From the UHGV virus genome UHGV-0210098: 64,000 nucleotides of DNA. One strand, given 5' to 3'. The notes beneath the pieces are model-generated. The model worked only from the letters and a program-made list of their open reading frames with translations. It was not told the DNA's origin and made no database searches. A program made the translations under genes and the position numbers. This stretch comes from a virus. Within the stretch, counting starts at the first letter, position 1, and each line of letters starts with the position of its first letter. This document shows, piece after piece, positions 35,835 to 46,635 of this stretch.

Positions 35835-38800
35835 GTTCAATTCCAACAAAACAAATAGATGGTGATGTTGCGGTTGGGCGCAATGTGTCAGCCGGAGGCG
35901 ATGCCAACGTACAAGGTAATGCCCGAATAGGCCACGACTTGGTTGTTGAGGGTTGGCTTGAAGCGAAGAACATCAAAGGGGTAAACAAAGGACTGTTTGC
36001 TACCGTTGCTGCTTTGCGCGAAGCTTATCCCCAACCACATGATGGTTGGTTTGCCGGAGTGTCAGCCTCGGATAAGGACATTGCAGACCTCGGACTCACC
36101 GTCCAACAGGGAAAGGCACTGTTCAGAATGTATGTCGGCAGTGGCGGTGATTGGGTGTGCGAACCTATCGACAAACTCTATGAGATTGTAGTGGACAACG
36201 AGCAAGTAGACAACCTCAGAGACGAATTGTCTACCCTGCGCGGCCAGCATGAAAATCTTGAAAAGCGCGTTGATGCCCACGACACCGAAATCAGCGGTAT
36301 CAAGACACAGCAGACCACACTCGGAAACAGCATCAACACCAACACCGGCAACATCGCAACCCTCAAAGTAAGAGTAGACGGCCACGACACATCTATATCG
36401 AAGAACGCAGCCGCAATCAAGGCTATTACTGATAGCATTGGTGCGCCTAATGGTATTGCCCCGATAGATGAGAACGGCCATATTCCAACCCGTTTTATCC
36501 CCGGGGCAATGGATGATGTCAAAGAGTTTGACGGTTTTGTCGAAGTATCTACAATAAATGCCGCTTCATTGACAGGTGAAGTTCTTGTCATGTTCAACAC
36601 CACGTCAAGGACATTTGTTGCGTGTGCCAAGAATACCATACCTCCACAGTATGCCAATAATTGGATAGGAGCAGAAAACTACGGTGACTTTTCTATCAAT
36701 GGCCGTATGCCACAAGATGATAAAGTCTACGTAGACCGTTCTACCAATAAAACCTATCGTTGGAGTGGTAGCCGCATGGCTGTTATCGGCACTGACCTTG
36801 CACTTGGCGAAACCGAGAACACCGCATATCCCGGTAACAAGGGTAAAGCAAATGCAGAAAATATAGCGTTACTCAAAAAGGCATTCTCAATTACCACGTT
36901 TGTAAACATCAACGAATTGTTTGAGAGTACCGGCAGCATGACATTTACGGATGTCGTTACGCTGCTTGACAGCGTAACAGAAGTGATTAAGCCCGGTAGC
37001 GTTGTAACATACCTCGACACGGAAAACGGTTGGAAGTCATTGCAATTTATAGGAAACGACCCCGACAACGGCATAGGTTTCGATGAAAATTGGAAAGCGT
37101 TTGGTAACGGTTCATCTGTAGGAAACTGCTACAATGTAACCGCCGCTCGACTTGCCAACGGTGATGAATTGCCGACCAATCCACCGACATACGACACAAA
37201 GCAGAGTGCCATTGAGTATGCTATTGCTAAGGGAGCAGTCAGCATCGGTGTTCAAATCACTTTTGCAGCAAGTTCCAAAGGTTGGCGAACATTCCAATAT
37301 ATCGGACTTAGCGAAGATGCCGATAGTTATTCCAACCTTGACAATTGGCTTGATGTAGCCGGTCAAAGCGCAGGAGAGGAAACTATACTCAACATCAACG
37401 AACTTTGCAAGGAACAGACAGGAAGTAGCGAATACTCTTTGCTGAGTGCTGTTGCAGCCTTGCTCAAGTTGTGTGAGAGCAAGGGTATTGACTATTTTAA
37501 GGACGGCCTTGTTATTACTTACTGCGTTAATGCCGGTGAACACGTATGGGAAGCAAAGCAACTACTTGACAAGGCAAGTGCCGATAATTCCGAAGCATGG
37601 AAAGATTTCGGTGGTGGTGGCAATGACCTTGAGGCAAACGATGTGCCGACCGAGGGAGGTAAAGACGCATTCAGTACCGGCGGCGCATACGAGCGCATGA
37701 TAGTAGACTTCGAGGAAAGTTTCAGCGAGGACGGTAATTCCAAAACCTATCAGCCTGTAAATGCAAAGAGAAAGCCAATAGGCAGTCCCATTACCGTACC
37801 TCTCGGCGGTGGAGGAGGCAGCACAGATGCAACCTCATTCGCAGTGCGCTTTGAGAGTCAGACAATTTACGGCGCAGCAGGAGGCAAGATAATCGGACGA
37901 TTTGCAGCCCGAAGCGTTACGCGCATGGGCGAGGAAGAAGTCGTAAACAACATTACCGAAATATCAGTCAGTGATGCTAATACCGGCGTATTGCTCAAGA
38001 CAGAAATTCTCACCAACGAGCGCAGTTCTGCCTCACTACAAGATTTCAAGTTCTCAGTAGACTTCACAGATTGGTTTGACGGTGCCGGGCAGCGCAGCTT
38101 CATCGTTGCCGTAAAAGACCAAGAAAGCAACGTGCGCCGTGTTGATGTAAGCGTGAACTGCGTTGATGTTACTGTTGAAATATCCAAGGCACTGAATGAA
38201 TGTCGTATTTCTACCGGTGCAGGTATGACAACTCTTAATAGTTTCTACATCTTTCCGCGCAACACCCTCGGAGGAGCAGGAGGCGGTATAGATGCTATCA
38301 TTGAAATTCTGTGGGATGGAGAATGGAAGGAACTCGGCAGAGCCAACATCCAAAAGACATTCTCGCAGGACATCAGCATAAATCCTACCAACGTACTCGG
38401 CGGCGGCGAAAAAATGCAGCATGGCTCATATTTGCTCCGCATACATGGCTATGCACCACAGGCAAAGGTTACCGGCAACTATGTCTATACCTCAATAATG
38501 TGCATAGATAGTTCTAAGTCCACAGAGCCTATTGTGTCAATCCGATACGATGCAAATACCTATGACGAAGAACTGAATGGCACTGTTGCGCTATACGATA
38601 CAGCCATATTGCAGGTAGCCGCGTACACCGCTGCAAGTATCAGTGGCAATACGCAGGTATCAGTCAAAGCCAACGGAGAAACGATACAGACATTCAATGC
38701 TGCATCTTCCTCAACCTACCAAGTAAAGTATCAAATACAGGGCTATACCAATGGCGACAACATCGAATTTGTTGCAGAAGGAACGTGGACAGAGGCCAAT

Positions 38801-41800
38801 GGTAAGAAACACAGAGGCCAAAGCCACACAATCAATGTTACGGTCGATGGAAGTGCAATAGATGTGCAACTGAAAGGTGGCGCAGCTTTTGCCTACGACT
38901 TCGCACTACGAACCAATGCGGATGTGGACAAGACCATCAAAGACAACAATGTTACGATGTCTGTAACCGGCGCAAATTGGCGTACTAACGGTTTTGTTCA
39001 GTACCTTGGGCAAAATTCTCTGCGCATTGCCGAGAACATGAAAGCCACAATCCCATACTATCCTTACTCCAAGCAGACTAACGAGAGCGCAGGAAACGCT
39101 GTGCAATTTTCCTTTGCCACTGACAATATCAAGGATAAAGACGCCTTGCTCATGCACTGTTACGACCCTGCCACCGGCACCGGCTTCTATGTCAAAGGAA
39201 ACGTGGCCGGCATATATTGCTCTAAAGGTGTAAAACATCAGCGACAGGAGCGCAAGTTCCGAAGCAAGGAGCAAATCACTATGGCAGTAGTTGTAGAACC
39301 TGCGAGCCGGGCATACGAGCGTGGTAATGAAAAATACTCCACCATTAAGATGTACCTCAACGGTGAGGAGGTCGCTTGTTTGGGTTATATACCAGGACAG
39401 AACGCAATCTCGCAGAACAAGCCCATCATGTTTGACGGTACGCAGGGCGACCTGTATCTCTACTACATCATGGCATACGAGAGTTACTATGAGTGGTCGC
39501 AAGCCTTTAACAACTATCTTGCAAAACAAACCAATGTAACTGCAATGATGGCCGAGTTTGAAAGCGAAGATGTGCTTGACACACTAAACCGTCCGAGCCT
39601 CGACAAACTCAAAGCAAAGGGTATGCCGTATTATGTTGTGGTGGCTCCGCAGAAAGTGTTTGATGAATTTGACAGTGATACCAACACGTCTACCAAATTC
39701 ACCTGCACCCTGTTCTACTTCAACCCTCAGCACCCAGAGTTGAACTTCATGGCCACCAACGTACAGTGGCGCAGACAAGGAACTACATCGGCGAAACGAC
39801 CAATTAAAAATGACCGTTTCTATCTCAACAAGCCCGTCAATAAAGCGGACAAGATTGTTATCACGCTGCTCAATCCAAACGAGGACACCGAACTCGGACG
39901 GAAGGCCATTGCACTTGCCGCCAAGAACTATGTACTTGTTCAACCTAATGCAATCCCCGTTCAGATTATTACCGTCAAGGTAGACTTTTCAGACAGCAGC
40001 AACGCAAACGATTGCGGCGTATGCGACATGATGAACAACACGTTTAAGGCAATGGGCAGCGCATATCAGACACCTGCCCAAAGAGCCTATGACGGAACAT
40101 TCACCAAAGGCGACCTGCATATAGAGGGATGTCAAATGGACCACTCGACCAAGAACCATCCTATTGCTGCTTTCCGTGCCACAAACGAACAACTGACAGA
40201 CGCATGGTTTCATGCGAAAGGCAATTGGAAAGAGGATAAGGGAGAACAACTTGCACTCGGTTTCAAAGACACACCCGGCTATAATAAAGGCTGCTTGAAC
40301 TATGGTGATTTCATAGAGTTCTTCGGTAATCGCAATGAAACACTCTCGCAAATTGAGGCACGTTTCAAGACAACAGACGGTTTAGACACAGATAGCATCT
40401 ACCTGTTGAGCCAATACTGCGGTCGTGACTATCTCATCATGCGCCATAATGGTACAGCATGGCAGCGCAGTACCGGCTCAATGAAACAAGTAGGCGGGAA
40501 ATGGGTAGTTACCGGCGATGTCCTTAACCCTGTTACCGGCTTTGAGTTGCTCTCTTATCAAGGTTTCTGCTGGTGGAAAGGAGTATCGAGCGTTGACGAT
40601 ATGATGAAGATGGAGGCCGATAAATCCTCATGGGTTCAGAAACTCGTCAATAGCGGTGATGTGTCTGCCGACACATTCCCGAAGTGGACGCAATACTTTG
40701 AATGCATGGTAGACGACGACCAATTGCAGATTGACCTTGCATACGGTCGCAAAGTTCCATACGAACTTTACAGAATGTTGAGGTTCTGCCACGACTGCGA
40801 CATGATTGCATCCGTAGAAGGTAAAGAAAACCGTTGGCAGATAATCGAGAACACCACAAAGATGGCGAATTGGAGAAACAATCTGTGGCAATACGTATCG
40901 CCGCAGAGCCTGTACGCCTATACATTGTTCACCGATTATCTTGCAGCCACCGACCAACGCGCCAAGAATATGCAGCCTATGTGGTTTTTGGAGGACGGCC
41001 AGAGTGTTACCAACGGTGTCTATTCTGCCGAACACGCCGTGAGAATGTATCTCAACAAGGTATATGACTGCGACACCTGTAACGGCAAGGACAATGACGG
41101 CGGTTGCACCGTAGATCCCGAAGCAGACCCCAACCGCATGACTGACGACAACTATGTCAATCCATACGCAGGTTATGGTTCAATCCTGTTCAACAATGTG
41201 GCCATCGTTCCAACTGTTTATCTTGACGCAACACACAGCGGAAGTCAGCAACTTTCACTCGGAACTGTTGCAGCCGCCATGCGCTCTGCAAAGACCAATG
41301 TGGACGGTGTGGACATGGTGCCGTTCTCCCCGGAGGGCGCACAATACTTCTTCGTTGAAAAGCGTCTGAAGTTTTGGAAGAAACTCATATCGTCCTTTGA
41401 CGGCGAACGTAAGTACATCGAGAGTGTAGGCACGAGTGATGATATTTACTTCTATGCTCTGCAAGGCTTGGGACTTACAGCCCTGCCGCAGTTCATCGAA
41501 CAGCGTTGGCGCATCCGTGACGGTTACTATCAGACCGGCCAATTCTTCAGTGGTGTGTTGAGTGGCCGTACATCATGTGCAAGCAGTAACGCGCGTATCC
41601 GTATCGTTGCCGCAATGACCGGCTATTTCGGTGTAGGCCATGATGCAAGCGGCCAACTTGACGAGGTAGTGTTCCTCGAAGCAGGACAGGAGCATTACTT
41701 TACAAAGTTCAGCCACACAGAGTATGCCTTGCTCTACATCTATCAAGCAGACCGCATCAAAGAGATAGACTTGAGCGAGATAAGCCTTGACAGCAGTTTC

Positions 41801-44167
41801 AACTTCCAAGTAATGAAACTTGCTGAGAAGATTATCATCGGAAGCGAAAGCAGACAGGATGTATCAATCGGTGCCGCCGTCCCTATCAGTTCTCTTCCTC
41901 TCGGGCAATTGCCGTTCCTTCGTGAACTCGACACACGCAACACAACCGTTGCGAGCATTGACGCGAGCAGTTGCCCACGAATAGAGATAATCAGAGCCGG
42001 AAATTCGCCGCTGCAAAACTGCCTTATTGCAGAAACAGCTCCTATCAGCGTGTTGGAATTGCCCGACACCATGACGGAAATTTCTCTTGTCAATCTTCCC
42101 AACCTGTCATATCCCGGCGGTCTGACTATTGCAGGATTGAGCAATATAACAAAACTCATGATTAGCGGTAGCCCGAAGATTGACGCAATGACAATGATTA
42201 AGAACATCGTTGACGAGGCCGGACAGATTAAAAGTATCGGACTACGCGATGTGAATATCACGGCCAGCGTTGAAATCCTGCGCTCTTTGAAAGCAACCAA
42301 TGCCTACGGCCTCGATGAATACGGAAACGACATCGCGGCCGATAAGAATGTCGAAGGCGTAGGAAAACAATGCTCCGGCCTTACAGGCCGTTGGATATTG
42401 TCAGAACTGATAAAGGATGAGGACGAAAACGGAGTAGCCGGTCTTAACAGCCTCAAAGCCTACTTCCCGGCTCTTGACCTCTACAACTCTCAGTTCTCTA
42501 TCGTGAAATGTTCTGATGTGGTGGATGCACCGGGTGAGAAATGGGGAAACCTTGACAACCTGACCGGCGCACTGTTCTCAGCCGCCTATAAGCGTTCGGG
42601 ACATCCATTGCGCATCTTTGAAAACACTTGGGCGTGCCGTGCAGACTACAACGCAAAGTTGCAACGCCTTGAACTACGCCGATTGAGCCGTGCCAACTTC
42701 AATTTCATGCTTGACGGCAGCGAAATTGACCTTGCAGACGTAGCCGGTGCCGGTTATGACATCATGCACTTACTTGGTCATGGTTGGTATAAAGGCGTGA
42801 GCGACTATAAGAACCAAGACAAATACTATATATGGTCGAGCTGCGACAATGAACCTCTCTCAACGGCCAACGTGAGAAAGATATACAGCCTCGCAGACCT
42901 ACTGTATTCCGATAGTCAAGGTGTATATGTAGATGCAGACACCACAAACGGCATGAATGTCGCAGAACTACTCGGACAAGGTTCTAATGTCAATGTCTAC
43001 CGTGTGGATGTAGACGGTATGAAGCAAGTACGTTGGCCGGGCATGAACAATCAGACAATGGGCTGCGTGTTCACAGATGCAGACGGAAAAGTCGTTGGAG
43101 TGTTCCAAATGGCCGTAAGCAATACGAACTTTGACTTCACAATAGGCAACTACATCTACGAGAAAGTTCCGCAGGGTGCAAAATGGTTCTACTTTACCAC
43201 GTTCAAAGACCTTGACAATAGCGAAGTTCATGTTGTAGATAGTGACAGCATCGAAGCAATCGAGCCGGAATGGACGGAGATTAAAACTCCGAAAGCACTC
43301 AATGAGCAGATAGAGGACGGTTCTGTGTTCGGTACATACCCGATTACGATTGACGGCCTCGGTATGCCGCGAAGCATCAGCAGTGGACGCTCACGCAAAG
43401 GCACAGGCACATCTACCATAAATCCTAATTGGCTTTATGATGACGATGGCAATGCTGTAGAGTTGCCGACCGGCACAATCAACTACTGCATGAAAGATTT
43501 CCAAAACCTTGCAAGGCTCAGAGGCAAGGGGTATCAACTCCAAGACTATGAGCAACACAAGGAAACATCAATCCTGTGGTGGGCTTTGAACGGACACAGC
43601 GATGAGCAAAGCATTGTCGGTCGTGGTCAGCATGACGGCCTCCTCAACCAAGCCGATAATATCGGTATGGCAGACACACAAAGTAGTAGTAACATTTGGA
43701 ATTCAATACTCGGCATTAAAGGTTATGTCGGATGTGACTCAGAATGGTTAGACAACCTTGCGCTTAATGTAACCTCATTCAAAGAGTTCTTCAAAAACAA
43801 AGGCGTTGAGGTGTCGTCATTCCCTCTTGACGGAGTTGCACACATATTCAATCCTATCACAGGAGAAGAACGTACCGTGCAATGTCTGACAACCGGCGGA
43901 GGAAACTGTATCGTTCGCCTTGTGCATGGTGCCAAGTGTGATATATTACCGTCACGAACAATCGGCGACACAAGCCAATACATTGTGGCATTTTGCGCCG
44001 GTTGGTGGTACACACATTCGCGCAGCCGCGTGGTTTTGCGGTCGGGCGGCGGTTCGAGTGCGTTTAGCGGCCTCGCTTGTGCGAGTGCGAATCACGCTTG
44101 CTCGTACTCGTACGCGAGCTTCGGCGCGCGTCTGGCCTTCCGTGGGCGACTAATCGTTCTCTCGTAG
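35831..44167 (+). CDS. Giant (2778-aa) tail-fibre or receptor-binding protein that is the DGR target. The C-terminal ~40 residues (C-type-lectin-like fold) are encoded by the VR.
   Basis: N-terminal fibre-like region with coiled-coil heptads and GIAPIDENGHIPTRFIPG. The last 120 nt before the stop are homologous to the TR, with adenine-specific mismatches. Confidence 0.8.
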   Translation: MSSIPTKQIDGDVAVGRNVSAGGDANVQGNARIGHDLVVEGWLEAKNIKGVNKGLFATVAALREAYPQPHDGWFAGVSASDKDIADLGLTVQQGKALFRMYVGSGGDWVCEPIDKLYEIVVDNEQVDNLRDELSTLRGQHENLEKRVDAHDTEISGIKTQQTTLGNSINTNTGNIATLKVRVDGHDTSISKNAAAIKAITDSIGAPNGIAPIDENGHIPTRFIPGAMDDVKEFDGFVEVSTINAASLTGEVLVMFNTTSRTFVACAKNTIPPQYANNWIGAENYGDFSINGRMPQDDKVYVDRSTNKTYRWSGSRMAVIGTDLALGETENTAYPGNKGKANAENIALLKKAFSITTFVNINELFESTGSMTFTDVVTLLDSVTEVIKPGSVVTYLDTENGWKSLQFIGNDPDNGIGFDENWKAFGNGSSVGNCYNVTAARLANGDELPTNPPTYDTKQSAIEYAIAKGAVSIGVQITFAASSKGWRTFQYIGLSEDADSYSNLDNWLDVAGQSAGEETILNINELCKEQTGSSEYSLLSAVAALLKLCESKGIDYFKDGLVITYCVNAGEHVWEAKQLLDKASADNSEAWKDFGGGGNDLEANDVPTEGGKDAFSTGGAYERMIVDFEESFSEDGNSKTYQPVNAKRKPIGSPITVPLGGGGGSTDATSFAVRFESQTIYGAAGGKIIGRFAARSVTRMGEEEVVNNITEISVSDANTGVLLKTEILTNERSSASLQDFKFSVDFTDWFDGAGQRSFIVAVKDQESNVRRVDVSVNCVDVTVEISKALNECRISTGAGMTTLNSFYIFPRNTLGGAGGGIDAIIEILWDGEWKELGRANIQKTFSQDISINPTNVLGGGEKMQHGSYLLRIHGYAPQAKVTGNYVYTSIMCIDSSKSTEPIVSIRYDANTYDEELNGTVALYDTAILQVAAYTAASISGNTQVSVKANGETIQTFNAASSSTYQVKYQIQGYTNGDNIEFVAEGTWTEANGKKHRGQSHTINVTVDGSAIDVQLKGGAAFAYDFALRTNADVDKTIKDNNVTMSVTGANWRTNGFVQYLGQNSLRIAENMKATIPYYPYSKQTNESAGNAVQFSFATDNIKDKDALLMHCYDPATGTGFYVKGNVAGIYCSKGVKHQRQERKFRSKEQITMAVVVEPASRAYERGNEKYSTIKMYLNGEEVACLGYIPGQNAISQNKPIMFDGTQGDLYLYYIMAYESYYEWSQAFNNYLAKQTNVTAMMAEFESEDVLDTLNRPSLDKLKAKGMPYYVVVAPQKVFDEFDSDTNTSTKFTCTLFYFNPQHPELNFMATNVQWRRQGTTSAKRPIKNDRFYLNKPVNKADKIVITLLNPNEDTELGRKAIALAAKNYVLVQPNAIPVQIITVKVDFSDSSNANDCGVCDMMNNTFKAMGSAYQTPAQRAYDGTFTKGDLHIEGCQMDHSTKNHPIAAFRATNEQLTDAWFHAKGNWKEDKGEQLALGFKDTPGYNKGCLNYGDFIEFFGNRNETLSQIEARFKTTDGLDTDSIYLLSQYCGRDYLIMRHNGTAWQRSTGSMKQVGGKWVVTGDVLNPVTGFELLSYQGFCWWKGVSSVDDMMKMEADKSSWVQKLVNSGDVSADTFPKWTQYFECMVDDDQLQIDLAYGRKVPYELYRMLRFCHDCDMIASVEGKENRWQIIENTTKMANWRNNLWQYVSPQSLYAYTLFTDYLAATDQRAKNMQPMWFLEDGQSVTNGVYSAEHAVRMYLNKVYDCDTCNGKDNDGGCTVDPEADPNRMTDDNYVNPYAGYGSILFNNVAIVPTVYLDATHSGSQQLSLGTVAAAMRSAKTNVDGVDMVPFSPEGAQYFFVEKRLKFWKKLISSFDGERKYIESVGTSDDIYFYALQGLGLTALPQFIEQRWRIRDGYYQTGQFFSGVLSGRTSCASSNARIRIVAAMTGYFGVGHDASGQLDEVVFLEAGQEHYFTKFSHTEYALLYIYQADRIKEIDLSEISLDSSFNFQVMKLAEKIIIGSESRQDVSIGAAVPISSLPLGQLPFLRELDTRNTTVASIDASSCPRIEIIRAGNSPLQNCLIAETAPISVLELPDTMTEISLVNLPNLSYPGGLTIAGLSNITKLMISGSPKIDAMTMIKNIVDEAGQIKSIGLRDVNITASVEILRSLKATNAYGLDEYGNDIAADKNVEGVGKQCSGLTGRWILSELIKDEDENGVAGLNSLKAYFPALDLYNSQFSIVKCSDVVDAPGEKWGNLDNLTGALFSAAYKRSGHPLRIFENTWACRADYNAKLQRLELRRLSRANFNFMLDGSEIDLADVAGAGYDIMHLLGHGWYKGVSDYKNQDKYYIWSSCDNEPLSTANVRKIYSLADLLYSDSQGVYVDADTTNGMNVAELLGQGSNVNVYRVDVDGMKQVRWPGMNNQTMGCVFTDADGKVVGVFQMAVSNTNFDFTIGNYIYEKVPQGAKWFYFTTFKDLDNSEVHVVDSDSIEAIEPEWTEIKTPKALNEQIEDGSVFGTYPITIDGLGMPRSISSGRSRKGTGTSTINPNWLYDDDGNAVELPTGTINYCMKDFQNLARLRGKGYQLQDYEQHKETSILWWALNGHSDEQSIVGRGQHDGLLNQADNIGMADTQSSSNIWNSILGIKGYVGCDSEWLDNLALNVTSFKEFFKNKGVEVSSFPLDGVAHIFNPITGEERTVQCLTTGGGNCIVRLVHGAKCDILPSRTIGDTSQYIVAFCAGWWYTHSRSRVVLRSGGGSSAFSGLACASANHACSYSYASFGARLAFRGRLIVLS
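44021..44140 (+). repeat. DGR variable repeat (VR), in frame at the 3' end of the tail-fibre gene. It encodes RSRVVLRSGGGSSAFSGLACASANHACSYSYASFGARLA.
   Basis: A 120-nt alignment to the TR at a constant +326 offset. All 18 mismatches occur at TR adenines (A to G, T or C). Confidence 0.9.
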
Positions 44168-44346
44168 CACGACTGCTCGCCACTCGTCCTTTTCGTTTGG
44201 TGCAGAGCCGTGGGTTTATCCCCGGCTGCTGCACCTTATTTTTCTCGCGAAGCGAGTTTTTTATATTTGTTTCATACGGCAATATGCTGATTTTTCATGA
44301 TATTTTAGTAATTTTGCAGCGGATTTACTCCAAGGCGGAAAACCCT

Positions 44347-44466
44347 CACAGCCGCGTGGTTTTGCGGTCGGGCAACAATTCGAATGCGAATAGCGGCCTC
44401 GCTTATGCGAATGCGAATAACGCTTGCTCGAACTCGAACACGAACTACGGCGCGCGTCTGAACTTA
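44347..44466 (+). repeat. DGR template repeat (TR), rich in AAY codons. It encodes HSRVVLRSGNNSNANSGLAYANANNACSNSNTNYGARLN.
   Basis: Non-coding copy of the VR located between the target gene and the RT. Adenines sit at every VR-variable position. Confidence 0.9.
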
Positions 44467-44611
44467 CTAAGGTTAAAATCGTGTGACCCTGCACGGCAAC
44501 GAGATTGCCAAAGCACTCCTCGAAGGGTTTGAGCCTCGGCAACAGCAATTCTTTTCCAATCTTGAAAACATTGGAGAGTTTTGGAAAGCCGAAAAATGAC
44601 GATAACCTTAA

Positions 44612-44638
44612 TGTGGGGTGTCGCTACGGCGACCCCCA
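44612..44638 (+). other. Stem-loop between the TR and the RT start (GTGGGG-T-GTCGC tacg GCGAC-CCCCAC). A candidate structured element of the DGR RNA.
   Basis: Inverted repeat read directly (6 + 5 bp with a one-nt bulge). Confidence 0.35.
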
Positions 44639-44668
44639 CGGGACCGGAAGGCCATTAAACAATTGACA

Positions 44669-46108
44669 ATGGACGCAGTAACTGCCCATAACATCAAATA
44701 TGATTTGATACCGCAGGAATGCTCCAATCTTCCTGCGGCGTTGAAACGTGCAGGTTTCCCAATCAGCAACATATTAGACGAGATAACCTCGGACGAGAAT
44801 TTGTCTGAGGGTTTTGATTATGTAATCAGTCATTTGGAAACCGCACAACAACGCGAAAAGTATTACTCTAAACTTGACCCTGCAAAAGGGCAACGCGACA
44901 AGCGACAACTCCTTGCCCGACTAAAAAAAGAACTCCAAGACGGTACATTTAGAATACGCCCGGAGAACATCAGAGAAATGATTGTCGATGATGGCCCAAA
45001 GGTGCGGATTGTTCAAGCTCCGAGAGTATATCACCGTATCGGATGCCATGTGATAATGGTAGTCGTGGAGAAGTATGTTAATCCCACTCTCATCACGAAC
45101 ACAGCCGCAAGTATCAAAGGCCGTGGTATGCACTGGCTATTTCATCGCATAGTAGATGATTACAATGCCGTGCCGGAGTTGATGCAGGATTATTATCAGA
45201 ACGACATACAAGGCTATTACGACAATATCGAGCAAGAGGGAATGAAATCCGTTATAAGGCTGTATATTGCAGACCTTGTTGTGTTGGGCTTCCTTGATAA
45301 CTTCATCACTTTAATGCCGAGAGGACTGTCAAAAGGCTTGCGGTCAAGTCAATGTTTCGCCAACCTCTATTTGTCGCCGGTTGACCATGTGATGTGCTGC
45401 CATGTTCCTAAATATATAGCAGAGGACGGCGAGGTTAGGTATCTTTACCAAAGATATATGGACGATGCGGCCATGTGGGGAGCAGAGAAAAGGCAACTAT
45501 GGAAACTGCGCGACATATACCATTCGGAAGTTGCCAAATTGGGGTTGACCGTAAAGAATACCGAAGCGATAAGACCGATAACCGAGGGGATAGATTACCT
45601 CGGTTTCGTTTTTTATGGTACTCATTCAAGACTGAGAAAGCGTACAAAGAAAAAGGCCGCTCGTCATTTGTCGGAGGTAAAATCACGCAAACGGCGGCAA
45701 GAACTTATCGGCTCATTCAAGGGCATGGCCTGTCATGCCGATTGCAAGCATTTGTATTATAAACTAACACATAAATATATGAAGAAATTCGGAGAGTTAG
45801 GCATAGCCTATAAGCCGGAGGACGGTAAGAAGCGTTTTCCCGGTAAGGTAGTACCTATCCGCAGTATCGCGAACAGACCTATCGAGATACACGATTATGA
45901 AGCAGACCTCACCACGGCACACGGAGAGGGACGCTACCTTGTCAGCTTCAGAAACGTGGACGATGGCATATTCAATAAGTTCTTCACTGCAAGTAAGGAA
46001 ATGCAGAATATCCTTGACAAAATCAGCGACTTGGAGGACGGATTTCCGTTTGAAACCACAATAGTCATGGACTACTATGACGGAAAGACAATACCCAAGT
46101 TCACATGA
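44669..46108 (+). CDS. DGR-type reverse transcriptase.
   Basis: RYMDDAAMW (RT motif C, YxDD) and GLRSSQCFANLYLSPVD (the DGR-specific SQ motif 4). The ORF-track start at 44618 is GTG; the first ATG is at 44669. Confidence 0.9.
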   Translation: MDAVTAHNIKYDLIPQECSNLPAALKRAGFPISNILDEITSDENLSEGFDYVISHLETAQQREKYYSKLDPAKGQRDKRQLLARLKKELQDGTFRIRPENIREMIVDDGPKVRIVQAPRVYHRIGCHVIMVVVEKYVNPTLITNTAASIKGRGMHWLFHRIVDDYNAVPELMQDYYQNDIQGYYDNIEQEGMKSVIRLYIADLVVLGFLDNFITLMPRGLSKGLRSSQCFANLYLSPVDHVMCCHVPKYIAEDGEVRYLYQRYMDDAAMWGAEKRQLWKLRDIYHSEVAKLGLTVKNTEAIRPITEGIDYLGFVFYGTHSRLRKRTKKKAARHLSEVKSRKRRQELIGSFKGMACHADCKHLYYKLTHKYMKKFGELGIAYKPEDGKKRFPGKVVPIRSIANRPIEIHDYEADLTTAHGEGRYLVSFRNVDDGIFNKFFTASKEMQNILDKISDLEDGFPFETTIVMDYYDGKTIPKFT

Positions 46109-46161
46109 TAGTCAAAAGATAAAGAAGCGGTAACGCATATAGGTAGTAACTTTGCCGTACT

Positions 46162-46635
46162 ATGAACAAGGTATATGGCACATCAGTACGGCAGGACGGC
46201 TTACAACAGGTAGGCCGCAGGACTTTTACGCTCTTTTACGGACTATACACCGATGAGCGCGGCGGCACTTATGAATATCGCCACATCTTCGACCATAAAC
46301 CCACATGGGAAGAAGTTAAGGCCGTGTTAGTTGAGGCCATCAATGAGCATACACATGAGACTATCATCAATGGCTTTATATGGAACGGACTACGTATATG
46401 GCTCTCTGACGAAAACCAACGCAACTTTATGATGATAGAGAAACTCACAAACGAGTCTTATCCTCTTAAAGTCAAAATCAACGAGGACGCAGACGGCCAG
46501 CCAATCTATTACACCTTTGTGAGCGAAGAAGAGTTTGCCGCTTTCAGCAAACTTGGTTCACAGCACGTTATTGACACATGGGCTGCAGGTTGGAAAGAAA
46601 AGGACAACCTCGACCCAAAGACATTCGGATGTTAG
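46162..46635 (+). CDS. Hypothetical protein (157 aa) downstream of the RT. It is not Avd-like.
   Basis: ATG-initiated with no recognisable motif. Followed by a GC-rich segment and T6 (46662-46692). Confidence 0.45.
   Translation: MNKVYGTSVRQDGLQQVGRRTFTLFYGLYTDERGGTYEYRHIFDHKPTWEEVKAVLVEAINEHTHETIINGFIWNGLRIWLSDENQRNFMMIEKLTNESYPLKVKINEDADGQPIYYTFVSEEEFAAFSKLGSQHVIDTWAAGWKEKDNLDPKTFGC

Noticed and set aside
44077-44548. ORFs 44077-44532 (+) and 44261-44548 (-) spanning the VR-TR interval.
   Set aside because: They run through the non-coding TR and its flanks and are artefacts of the GC-rich repeat. Neither resembles Avd, which is basic and four-helix.
44168-44668. Searched for an accessory variability determinant (avd) gene between the VR and the RT.
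   Set aside because: No suitably sized or composed ORF on either strand. The RT-downstream ORF 46162-46635 is not Avd-like.
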